Source: Edaphobacter aggregans
GTDB lineage: Bacteria; Acidobacteriota; Terriglobia; Terriglobales; Acidobacteriaceae
DNA length: 32,000 nucleotides
NCBI RefSeq assembly: GCF_003945235.1
Contig: NZ_RSDW01000001.1
Span: 5,400,001-5,432,000, forward strand
Direction: 5' to 3'
Shown here: positions 24,291 through 32,000 of the stretch, one piece after another
Layout: each line of letters starts with the position of its first letter
Numbering within the stretch: the stretch's first letter is position 1
Notes under the pieces: model-generated
What the model was told of the DNA's origin: nothing
Databases searched by the model: none
The model's input: only the letters and a program-made list of their open reading frames with translations
Program-made: the position numbers and the translations under genes

Positions 24291-24920
24291 TCATGCGCTG
24301 TTCAGTGGGAGCTGCATATTGTGCGCTTCGAGCAGCTGGATGTTCATTTGCTCGGACGGAATGATGCGCAGTAAATGGAGTGGAGGGCGTACAGTAGGAG
24401 CAAACCACTCTGCGTAGTCACGCGGCTCCAATATCACCGGCTGGCGATCATGGATCTCCGCCATGGCCTCATTCGGCTCGCTCGTGATGACGGAGACGGT
24501 AGGAACATAATCTCCCGCCTTGTTCTTCCACATGCTCCAGGTGCCCGCCAATGCAAAGGGTTCACGCCCCGGAATGGTTATCTCATATTTGGGATTGTTC
24601 TTCTTATGCAGCCGTTTCCACTCAAAGAAGCTGTCGGCCGGCACAATACAGCGCCTCTCCTCAAAGGAGGTTTTCCAAAGACCCGTCTTCAGAATGCCGT
24701 CAGACCGCGTATTGAAGGTAAAGCGCTGGGGAAAGGTGAAGCCCCAATACATCAGCTCAACGCTGCGATCACCTTCGTCGTTTGTGAATACGACTGGCTG
24801 AAAACTGCCGGGGGTGATGTCATCCTCGGCTGAAAAGTTGAGGTCGTCGAGGTTGGCCCTTACCTGAAAAGCTTCCGCAATCCTTTGTTTATCCGATCTC
24901 CGTCGGTAGCGTCCACACAT
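24291..24920 (-). CDS. yedK: SOS-response-associated peptidase (SRAP/DUF159; abasic-site DNA-protein crosslink protein, YedK/HMCES family)
   Basis: A 209-aa ORF starting MCGRYRRR (the invariant Cys2 after Met). It contains the family-typical stretches WGF...FNTRSD and PADSFFEW. The family is assigned from motif memory. Confidence 0.85.
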   Translation of the reverse strand: MCGRYRRRSDKQRIAEAFQVRANLDDLNFSAEDDITPGSFQPVVFTNDEGDRSVELMYWGFTFPQRFTFNTRSDGILKTGLWKTSFEERRCIVPADSFFEWKRLHKKNNPKYEITIPGREPFALAGTWSMWKNKAGDYVPTVSVITSEPNEAMAEIHDRQPVILEPRDYAEWFAPTVRPPLHLLRIIPSEQMNIQLLEAHNMQLPLNSA

Positions 24921-24971
24921 CGGTTTACTCCTCGATCACGGGTTATTTAGAGCCCTGTATGGTCATGACAT

Positions 24972-25241
24972 TCAGATAATTGGAGGGGTGAGGTCAAGAG
25001 AGGTATCGGCCCTGGGATCGTAATACTCGTTGCATTTTGGGCAGCGATTGACGTGGTCGTAGAAGGTCTTCGCCTCCGGGCCGGTCGCACCTTCGGGGAT
25101 ATCTGGGAAGAACCTGGCGAGAGTAGGGTCCGCGTTTGCCCACCGGCGGAGCAGCATCATACCGGTTTCACACGCCGGAGGATCGAAGTCCTTACCGGGC
25201 TCGGTCTTCATCCATATCGAATTGAAGCTGTCTTGGCCCAT
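24972..25241 (-). CDS. Hypothetical protein (89 aa)
   Basis: An ORF in the same orientation and closely spaced with the SRAP gene (51-nt gap). It contains CPKCNEYY. No family recognised. Confidence 0.45.
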   Translation of the reverse strand: MGQDSFNSIWMKTEPGKDFDPPACETGMMLLRRWANADPTLARFFPDIPEGATGPEAKTFYDHVNRCPKCNEYYDPRADTSLDLTPPII

Positions 25242-25268
25242 TGAATATACGGTTTCAAATTCCTGAAG

Positions 25269-25358
25269 CTACCAGAATATTTTGTGGCGTATGCTCCAAA
25301 AGCCCACGTAAGCGATAGCCGCGAAAATCAGGATGCCCGTCGCAACTTCCTTTAGCAT
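25269..25358 (-). CDS. Possible 29-aa single-pass membrane peptide (below the ORF-track cutoff)
   Basis: The minus strand reads GGAG-N7-ATG (ATG = complement of 25356-25358) and encodes MLKEVATGILIFAAIAYVGFWSIRHKIFW, ending at TAG (complement of 25269-25271). I translated this by hand. Confidence 0.25.
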   Translation of the reverse strand: MLKEVATGILIFAAIAYVGFWSIRHKIFW

Positions 25359-25449
25359 TGGATACTCCTCAACCAAAGAGTACTCTTCGCGCAGTAATAG
25401 GTATTTGCCGGATACATGATTTCTGGCAATTAGTTCCTCTGCAAGTTCG

Positions 25450-25794
25450 TCAGGAGAGGTATTTCCCGGCGTTATAAACCACAGCCTCTAGCGGCTCCTG
25501 CCATTTTTGATCGAGAACACCGTCTATCTTCAAACGGCTGATGCCGCTTCTCTTCCAGGTCTCTTCGATCGTGGGCGAATAGACGGTGAGTTCGAACATC
25601 GACATCGTCCTCTGCGCTCGCTCGGGCGACATGCGGTCATATTCGTTGTGCAACTCATCCTTAATCCATTGGGCCAGGCTCCGAATTTCAGCCTGTGCTT
25701 CAACAGAGAGGGGCTTCGACTCAAGCAGCTTCAGAGCTTGAGTTCCTTTGTCTGTGATCGTTTGGAGTCGTTGCAGAATTTCCGTACGGGTCAT
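25450..25794 (-). CDS. Hypothetical protein (114 aa), helical
   Basis: A clean ATG ORF co-oriented with its neighbours. No family recognised. Confidence 0.5.
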   Translation of the reverse strand: MTRTEILQRLQTITDKGTQALKLLESKPLSVEAQAEIRSLAQWIKDELHNEYDRMSPERAQRTMSMFELTVYSPTIEETWKRSGISRLKIDGVLDQKWQEPLEAVVYNAGKYLS

Positions 25795-25902
25795 GATGGT
25801 CTCAGTTATCGGTCAGGGAAGGGAACTGTTCTCACCATGGTATCTCGCGACAAAGGACTTAACGAAGAAGGCAGCCGAAGTTGGCCTTCTTCGTTGCCTT
25901 TG

Positions 25903-27216
25903 TTAACGAACCGGTAGCGATCTGCGTGACAAGCGAGGATCGATGGCGGAATCGACAACTCGACCGAACTCCTCAACCGAGCACGCATAGGCGGGTGCCG
26001 GGCCGCTGCAACCAGGGACAAAAACAGGCGCTACGGAAGGATGCTCAGCGCCAGTCAAAGGATGAAGATCGCGTATCTGGTCCAGTGTCTGACTGATAAA
26101 GAAAACTTGCACGAAAGAGCCGTTGTTTATCCGGCTGCGTCGAACCTCGAAGACGAGCGCACTTCCAGGAGGAGTCGCGTTAAACGTCTGGTCGGGCAGA
26201 AGCCAATCGAGATTAAGCAGGCCGCCAAGCCAACTCAAGTTGGAGTCGTGCCCTACGAGCAGGATGAACCGATCTTTCGGGTTACCGAGTTGATTGGGCG
26301 TCGGCTTATCCGAAGCAGCGCTGAGAACAGTGTCGCGAATGTGTGCCGCAAGATGGGAGGCTCCCACCTGTGCCGTATAGGGAGTGCGGAGTATGAAATC
26401 GTGGAACTGGGTGTTCATCTGCATCAGATCGTTGAGGTCTGCGCGGGATAGCCGGCCCCAGCCAACCTGCGTCATAGGCTTGCCTTCGGTGTATTGAAGC
26501 AAGAAGTTTTCAGCGAAATCTGCGCCGAGGACGACTGGGTTTTCAATATGCGGATCACGAGGAGTTGCTATGCCGTCCTGAACCTGAATACTGCGAAAGT
26601 CCGGAACGGCGCGATTGCAACCGGGACCTTTGCAATCGATAAGTATGGTGTGCATCTTTTCCAATTGACGGGCAAAGGCGTTAGTAAACCAATCTGGCTG
26701 GTCTGCCATTCGGCCAGAAGTAGCATCCTTGATACGCTGCTGGTCGACATCCTTGCTCATCGACGGCGAAAAGAGCGGGTTGAATGGACTAACCGTCGAA
26801 TGTACTTCCACCTTGCATTGCGGAGATAGCCCGGTCAGTACCGCCTTAGCCGAGGCGATCGTGCGTTGGGTCGTATTCGCTTCGACGTAGAACACCGATT
26901 GATCGCAGGTGTCATCCTGTAAGAACGAGGAATAACGTTCGCGATAGAACTCACCAAGCCTACGCAAAGCGTCGCTCCCGTGCGGTGTCAGGACACCGGG
27001 CTCAGTCGGCCATGCTGGCCAAGCCTGCGCGTTGTAGGCGCTGGAACGTGTCTCGCTTTCTATCGGTGCTCGCACGCCATGCCGCATGAGCACAATCACG
27101 GCCTGAAGATCGCCATCGTCTGGCTTTTGTGCAGGCTGTCCGAGAGCGATTTGAGCGCAGAAAGCTGCAATTAAAATGTTGAGGAGGAGGCGTCGGTCGT
27201 ACACTCTGAAAATCAT
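25903..27216 (-). CDS. Secreted histidine acid phosphatase (branch-2 histidine phosphatase; phytase or glucose-1-phosphatase-like)
   Basis: N-terminal signal-like segment LLLNILIAAFCAQIALGQPA, the catalytic RHGxRxP motif (LMRHGVRAP) and the downstream HD motif (LLVGHDSNL). Confidence 0.85.
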   Translation of the reverse strand: MIFRVYDRRLLLNILIAAFCAQIALGQPAQKPDDGDLQAVIVLMRHGVRAPIESETRSSAYNAQAWPAWPTEPGVLTPHGSDALRRLGEFYRERYSSFLQDDTCDQSVFYVEANTTQRTIASAKAVLTGLSPQCKVEVHSTVSPFNPLFSPSMSKDVDQQRIKDATSGRMADQPDWFTNAFARQLEKMHTILIDCKGPGCNRAVPDFRSIQVQDGIATPRDPHIENPVVLGADFAENFLLQYTEGKPMTQVGWGRLSRADLNDLMQMNTQFHDFILRTPYTAQVGASHLAAHIRDTVLSAASDKPTPNQLGNPKDRFILLVGHDSNLSWLGGLLNLDWLLPDQTFNATPPGSALVFEVRRSRINNGSFVQVFFISQTLDQIRDLHPLTGAEHPSVAPVFVPGCSGPAPAYACSVEEFGRVVDSAIDPRLSRRSLPVR

Positions 27217-27283
27217 CCTGGCTCCTATCTTTTAAATCCTGAATAAATCACTAAGCCATGCGCGCCTAAGCCGCCAGCAGGAA

Positions 27284-28348
27284 CTACCTGCTGGATGGGG
27301 CGGAAGCTGATGGGCGAAGTTCCTTAGCATCCTGCTTCAGATAGGGAGCCAGCGCCTCGTACTGGTTCGTAGGGATAAAGTTTACCCCGGCAGAGATTGC
27401 GGCCTTCCACCGCAGGACGACTGCCTCACGCGAGCCGAAGTTGTAACTCATTCCCCAGCCTTGGTCCTCCACGGGAGCAAACCCGTCAAGCGCATAAAAC
27501 CGCACCCAGTAGCCCATTGCGTGCGCATGATCGACGAGTGAGCGCAACCGCTTGTTGTCGGCTTCAGTCCAATCGCCTGCCTGCGGTGCACCGCCTTCTT
27601 CCACCGAGTACCAAGAGCTGTTCCACCAACGCCTGTAGTTTGTGGGTTTCTCCTTTAGAAGCTCTTCGGGGCTTACAGTGACCGCCCAATGCATGAGCTG
27701 GTCCTTCGTCATGTTCCCGGGGGTGTCGTGAGAGTGCGCCGAACCAAAAAGACGCAGACGGGCGCCCACCGGCAGGGCGTCGTAGAAGACCTTCTGCTGT
27801 TCGTCTGCCTCTTCCGTGACCACCAGGATGGGTTTGCGGTCGATCGGCGAGAGTTTCGCAGGATCGCTTGTCTTCAGCGCGGTCGAAAGCCAGTCTTCGT
27901 GTTGGCCAAGGACGTTCCAGACTGCCTCGAGCAATGCGGTCTGGTTATCCTTAAAATCGAAATGCAGAACGATGAGCGGCCATTGACTGCGCTTATTTTC
28001 AGCGATGATCTTTTCCACGACGGGACTCACCTGCTTGAAGAAGTAGTCCTCCAGTGTGGGCTCCTGACCCGTTGGGTGGGGTGTATGGGAGACGACAACG
28101 CGGCCTTTGCCGGTAGCTGGGTCGACGTGCCAGGCGAGGTCCTGTTCGATGGACACCGGAAAGCCGGAGTTGAGAGCACGCTGAATCCGATCATTCCAGT
28201 GTCCCTCGTACGGATAGCAGTTATGTGCATCCAGCATGGGCTGGTTGTGATTCAGAAAGTCCAAATCCGCTTTCTGTGCAAGAGCAGAGAAAGCGGACAG
28301 GGTAACTATCGCTAAGAGCCCGACAAGTGAGATGGATTTGGGGCGCAT
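27284..28348 (-). CDS. Secreted protein, possibly a PLC-like phosphodiesterase (function tentative)
   Basis: Signal peptide MRPKSISLVGLLAIVTLSAFSALAQ. DAHNCYPYEG resembles the H-N-x-Y catalytic start of PI-PLC X-type TIM barrels. The ORF itself is solid; the family call is weak. Confidence 0.5.
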   Translation of the reverse strand: MRPKSISLVGLLAIVTLSAFSALAQKADLDFLNHNQPMLDAHNCYPYEGHWNDRIQRALNSGFPVSIEQDLAWHVDPATGKGRVVVSHTPHPTGQEPTLEDYFFKQVSPVVEKIIAENKRSQWPLIVLHFDFKDNQTALLEAVWNVLGQHEDWLSTALKTSDPAKLSPIDRKPILVVTEEADEQQKVFYDALPVGARLRLFGSAHSHDTPGNMTKDQLMHWAVTVSPEELLKEKPTNYRRWWNSSWYSVEEGGAPQAGDWTEADNKRLRSLVDHAHAMGYWVRFYALDGFAPVEDQGWGMSYNFGSREAVVLRWKAAISAGVNFIPTNQYEALAPYLKQDAKELRPSASAPSSR

Positions 28349-28369
28349 GCTGGCATACCTTTTGTTCGT

Positions 28370-30151
28370 TCAGGGGATGTAATAACGGAAGCTGGTGTAG
28401 ACCATATTGTTGGTTGCCTTTGGCGCTCCGCCTACGCCCGTCCACCCATTTCGAGTGAGATAGCTGTATGCGGCGCCATACTGTAGTTTACCCGCAGGAC
28501 CGTTGTAGATGCGGTAGACCCAACCGACCGAATACTGAGAGATTGCTCGCGTCGCTCCAAGGCAGGGACTCGCACCTGGAGCGTATCCGGTTCCCGCTGT
28601 GGGGACTGCTTCGACGTCACAGCCAGAATTGTTACCGCTGGGAGGCGCATAACCAACGAGTGTGCCAGTGCTGCTGATGTAGTAGGTTCTCTGAACATAC
28701 TCAGAACCTACATAACCAAAGATATCGAGTTTCGTGAGCGGGTGATATTCAAGCGAGAGAAGTCCCTGCGCGTTGCGTAGCGGGACCAAGGTACCGTTCG
28801 GACGCACTGTGATGTCCGGCAGCAGAGCGGCTCCATACCGTCCGGTCCCGTCACCAGCCACCAGATGTAATCCCAAATCGAGTTTGGGGATTACAGGGAA
28901 GCGCGCACTCGCTACAAATCCCCCACCAACGCGGGTATCATTCTGAGCCCCTACAGATGTTGTTCCATCGGGGTAGAAACGGCTACGAAAGAAGCGAACA
29001 ACTCCGCCAATTTCGTAATGGCCATGGCCTGGATCAAACGCGGCTTTTACCAGAATATCCGGCGCGACTTGATTGGTGTAGTTTGCACTCGGATTGTCCA
29101 GCCCACCAGCGGCTCCCGCACTGCCAAAGAAGAAATTGGAGGGTGCATTCGAGGCGCTGAATTGATATTGCGAGTTTTCAATTGCCGCAGCGAGCGTGAT
29201 CCTTGGAGTGATCGCATCCTGAAAGCGGAAACTCGCTTGTCTAAGGTAGGTAGCTCCTACATGGAGGTTTTGATCGAAGATCAGAGGGACGGCCTCTTGT
29301 CCTGCATCAGTTGACTTTTTGTTTTCCGCCAAAAGAGTCCACATCTGGCCCCCGGTAAATTTCATGCTGTCGAAGGTAGCTTGTCCCCAAGCCTGTCGCA
29401 CTCGAAGGGTATAGCTATTGCTTTGCAAGTTGTTGGAGGTTGTGCCTGCTGAGAGGAAGTCAGTTTCAAGAAACCCGTTCAGCGTTCCAAAAGGAACTTT
29501 GCCACTGAAGAGTGTGGAGAACCGCGACGCTCGTGCACTGGGAACCCACTCGCTGGTGTGTGCCTCTCCCGAGTTCATGTAAGGGGTCGCGTTGAAGTTG
29601 GTGTAGATATCGGCGTTCATCGCTCGTTGACGCCAGATACTTTCGCCGGCTATAAATCCGCCCGGTACGATCGCAACCCCTTTATAGCGTATGGCATCTG
29701 GCTCATCCAGGCTTTTCCGCAGCTTTTCCTGGGTTTGTTTTACCTGCTGAACGCTACTGGATACTGCAATCGTATCTGTTCGAAGGTCGGTAACGGACGC
29801 CTGAAGAGTGCCTACAGCTGCTGCGTTTTGCTGCACGGTGTTGTCAATGGTTTGGATCTGTGCGGCGGCTGTAGTCGTCTTTGCCTCGGTATTCTGATGC
29901 ATAGCCTGAAGGGCTTCAATCTGGGAGTCCTTCGCAGTAAGTTTTTCCTTAAGAACATCGATCTGCCCTTGAAGGTCCTCTCGCAGTTCGCGTATTTGTT
30001 CCTGAACGGATGGGGTCGCAGTTTTCTTTGACTGTTTACGATTGGTTGTAGTCGATCGAGTGGTAGTCGATGCAGGCGTCTGGGCCAACGTGGCGGTCGC
30101 CAGCATAGCAAAGAGAACGGTAACGAGGGTCAATTTGCGTTGTGTTTTCAT
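28370..30151 (-). CDS. Outer-membrane beta-barrel (porin-like) protein with an N-terminal coiled-coil stalk of about 100 aa
   Basis: GGAGG Shine-Dalgarno sequence 5 nt before the ATG. Signal peptide MKTQRKLTLVTVLFAMLATATLAQ. Heptad-like, Q/T/A-rich helix region (VQEQIRELREDLQGQIDVLKEKLTAKDSQIEALQ...). Then alternating beta-strand patterning through to the aromatic C-terminus (YTSFRYYIP). Confidence 0.7.
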   Translation of the reverse strand: MKTQRKLTLVTVLFAMLATATLAQTPASTTTRSTTTNRKQSKKTATPSVQEQIRELREDLQGQIDVLKEKLTAKDSQIEALQAMHQNTEAKTTTAAAQIQTIDNTVQQNAAAVGTLQASVTDLRTDTIAVSSSVQQVKQTQEKLRKSLDEPDAIRYKGVAIVPGGFIAGESIWRQRAMNADIYTNFNATPYMNSGEAHTSEWVPSARASRFSTLFSGKVPFGTLNGFLETDFLSAGTTSNNLQSNSYTLRVRQAWGQATFDSMKFTGGQMWTLLAENKKSTDAGQEAVPLIFDQNLHVGATYLRQASFRFQDAITPRITLAAAIENSQYQFSASNAPSNFFFGSAGAAGGLDNPSANYTNQVAPDILVKAAFDPGHGHYEIGGVVRFFRSRFYPDGTTSVGAQNDTRVGGGFVASARFPVIPKLDLGLHLVAGDGTGRYGAALLPDITVRPNGTLVPLRNAQGLLSLEYHPLTKLDIFGYVGSEYVQRTYYISSTGTLVGYAPPSGNNSGCDVEAVPTAGTGYAPGASPCLGATRAISQYSVGWVYRIYNGPAGKLQYGAAYSYLTRNGWTGVGGAPKATNNMVYTSFRYYIP

Positions 30152-30381
30152 ATAGCCTCCGACAGAGTCGCGAAACAGAAACTTTTCTTCGAGGGACGTC
30201 TTGTGACCTGGTCCTGGATTGTTACTGAACAGAAAGACGTAGGTGTCTCGAGCCGATTCTTTTATCCGTTAGGTATGAATTCAGCCATGAAGACAGTAAG
30301 TTTCACAAATGCGAGATGATTCAATTTGGTTACATTGATAATTTGAGAAGTCATATTGTGGCGTGCCGCAAGCAAAATTAG

Positions 30382-31803
30382 CTAACCTATGGGAACTTCG
30401 ATATGACACAGAGCACCAATTGATTGAGCCGCATCGAAATAAATACATCCATGAGTTGTTTCGATCGCAAGCTTTGCGATTGCCAATCCTAACCCGACGC
30501 CCTCTCCGCGGGATGAGCGAGCTTCTCCACCGCGAAAGAAACGCTCAAAAACTCGGTTCTGGTCGATAGCAGCGATTCCGGGCCCCTGGTCGAGGATCGA
30601 TAAGCGCAGAAATCTCTGTGTGTTTCGTGCGACAGGCTGATAAGAGCAGACGATAATCGAATTGGCAGGCGAGAACTTCACGGCATTGTGAAGCACATTT
30701 AAAACACAAGCGCGGAGAAGGGTTCGATCAGCGGTCACATGAGTCTCCGACTCCTCCGGGTTTCGTTGCACAATGGCGATGTCACGTTCCTCTGTGACGA
30801 CATCCAGAAGATCAATAATCTCTTCTACGAGCTCGCGGAGGGAGAATGATGTGACGGTCAGCTGAATCTCCCCCGCCTCCGCTTTCGAGATCATGAGTAA
30901 ACCCTCTACGGTTTGGTTGAGCCGTGATGTTTCTTCGAGCATGCTGCTAACAGCGTCCCGATATGCTTCTTGACTCTGACCTGAACGAAGAGAGGCTTCG
31001 CCCACCACACGAATCGACGCTAGAGGAGTTTTCAATTCGTGAGCGGCATCGGCGGTAAAGCGTTGCAATTGGAGAAAGGACCTCTCCAAACGTGACAGCA
31101 AAGAGTTTATGACAGCTGCCATTCGGCCCAATTCATCGTGTTCATCTTCAATTTGCAACCGACCGCTTAAATTATTGGCAGTTATTTTCTCAGCGCGTGA
31201 AGCCATCGATTCAAGAGGGGCCAGTGCCCGACAGGCGATACGGTATCCGGCGAACCCCGCAAGGGCTAAAGCAGGTGGCAGAGCCAGCAAGAGCGAAAGT
31301 AGGAATTTCTCTAATCTGGAAGCTAACGGAGATAGGCTGTAACCGAGCCGAATGAGCAGTATTCGACCCGCGACAGGGTGACGGTGACTAATGATCAAAA
31401 CCCAAGTGCCATCTGCAAGGCGTTCTGTCCGGTCATCGAAAGATGTCGCTCCTTCATCTTTTCCCGGAGCCACGCTGCCCAACGGCATTGAATTGAGGGT
31501 GTCGCTTCGATAAAGTACATTTCCCGTGAGCTCGCGAACCTCCATGAGACGATCAACCAGCAAATGGGATTGAGGATGCGAATAATAATCCTGTCGTAGG
31601 CGAAGCACTTCCTGACCGTCGAAGTACAAAAGGCCTTCGACCGTTTCCATGTCCTGAACCATATCGTGGTAGATCTGAGTTCTTAGAATGGTGTACTGGA
31701 AGATACAGACGACGACTATGTAGATCGCCAAAATGGAGGCAAGCACCCCTACATACCAAAGCGTCAATCGCGTGCGCACGCTTTTAGGTCGCAAACGTTT
31801 CAT
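30382..31803 (-). CDS. Two-component sensor histidine kinase (CusS/heavy-metal-sensor-like topology)
   Basis: Two TM segments flank a periplasmic domain, followed by a HAMP-like linker. H-box FTADAAHELKTPL. HATPase_c N/G boxes (LHNAVKFS, DQGPGI, GVGLGLAIA). Its ATG overlaps the response-regulator stop. Confidence 0.9.
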   Translation of the reverse strand: MKRLRPKSVRTRLTLWYVGVLASILAIYIVVVCIFQYTILRTQIYHDMVQDMETVEGLLYFDGQEVLRLRQDYYSHPQSHLLVDRLMEVRELTGNVLYRSDTLNSMPLGSVAPGKDEGATSFDDRTERLADGTWVLIISHRHPVAGRILLIRLGYSLSPLASRLEKFLLSLLLALPPALALAGFAGYRIACRALAPLESMASRAEKITANNLSGRLQIEDEHDELGRMAAVINSLLSRLERSFLQLQRFTADAAHELKTPLASIRVVGEASLRSGQSQEAYRDAVSSMLEETSRLNQTVEGLLMISKAEAGEIQLTVTSFSLRELVEEIIDLLDVVTEERDIAIVQRNPEESETHVTADRTLLRACVLNVLHNAVKFSPANSIIVCSYQPVARNTQRFLRLSILDQGPGIAAIDQNRVFERFFRGGEARSSRGEGVGLGLAIAKLAIETTHGCIYFDAAQSIGALCHIEVPIG

Positions 31804-32000
31804 TCACTGGACTCCCCAAGAATGAAGCCAACTCCCCTCACCGTTCTCAGGAGTTTCTGCGGGTAGGGATCGTCAAGTTTCCTGCGGAGCCGAGTAATTT
31901 GGACATCTATCACGTTATCTATTGGGGTGAACCGAGAGGTTTCGTTCCAAACATCCCGTGCTAGCATTTCACGAGATACGGTCCGTCCTCGGTTCTGAAA
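31800..32000 (-). CDS. OmpR/PhoB-family response regulator, C-terminal winged-helix fragment (5' end outside the window)
   Basis: Hand translation of the minus strand from the window edge: FQNRGRTVSREMLARDVWNETSRFTPIDNVIDVQITRLRRKLDDPYPQKLLRTVRGVGFILGESSE*. This is the Trans_reg_C pattern. The stop TGA (31800-31802) overlaps the kinase ATG (ATGA). Confidence 0.8.
   Translation of the reverse strand, partial: FQNRGRTVSREMLARDVWNETSRFTPIDNVIDVQITRLRRKLDDPYPQKLLRTVRGVGFILGESSE

Noticed and set aside
24375-24833. Plus-strand ORFs (152 aa and 93 aa) antisense to the SRAP gene
   Set aside because: They lie within a confidently assigned SRAP gene. They are shadow ORFs.
27397-28315. Plus-strand ORFs 27397..27681 and 27689..28315 (208 aa) antisense to the secreted PLC-like gene, and likewise 29558..30031 antisense to the outer-membrane protein gene
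   Set aside because: The minus-strand genes have signal peptides, Shine-Dalgarno sequences and coherent domain patterns. The plus-strand ORFs have none.
1-32000. CRISPR arrays, tRNA/rRNA genes, IS elements, restriction-modification or methyltransferase genes
   Set aside because: I scanned by eye for regularly spaced repeats, T-loop/CCA signatures, transposase or integrase motifs and SAM-binding motifs in the ORF set and found none. The absence of a methyltransferase is one reason the helicase-DUF1998 cluster is not called DISARM.

Overview
This window is a chromosomal segment from a moderately GC-rich bacterium. The protein flavour suggests a soil Acidobacteriota-like organism, but that is a low-confidence guess I cannot verify here. 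I found no rRNA, tRNA, CRISPR array, transposase or integrase.

The plus strand carries, in order:
- the 3' end of a YhcG/DUF1016-like nuclease gene
- a complete, translationally coupled imuA-imuB-dnaE2 SOS mutagenesis cassette, followed by a coupled 97-aa membrane ORF
- a tightly coupled pair of giant genes: a 1600-aa protein that looks uncharacterised apart from N-terminal RNA-polymerase-alpha-CTD-like and sigma-70-region-4-like DNA-binding modules, and a 1704-aa DEAH helicase with Zn-ribbon insertions and a C-terminal DUF1998/MZB domain
- a RecD/Dda-like SF1B helicase

The minus strand converges on this block. Reading right to left it carries:
- an OmpR-type response regulator (partial) and a histidine kinase
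- a coiled-coil plus beta-barrel outer-membrane protein, a secreted PLC-like protein and a histidine acid phosphatase
- small hypothetical ORFs and an SRAP (YedK-like) peptidase
- dinB
- a short prokaryotic Argonaute operon whose APAZ partner has the unusual architecture SIR2 / AlbA_2-HATPase_c_4 ('RecG-like', Schlafen-related) / APAZ

There are two main candidates for something new.
1. The giant-protein, helicase-DUF1998 and possibly RecD-like cluster (6702-18275). Its architecture resembles Druantia type III, but the partner protein has a transcription-factor-like N-terminus.
2. The three-module SIR2-X-APAZ/short-pAgo system (18308-22574).

Both sit directly downstream of, and co-oriented with, error-prone polymerase genes. 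All domain calls come from motif recognition by eye and need HMM or structure confirmation.
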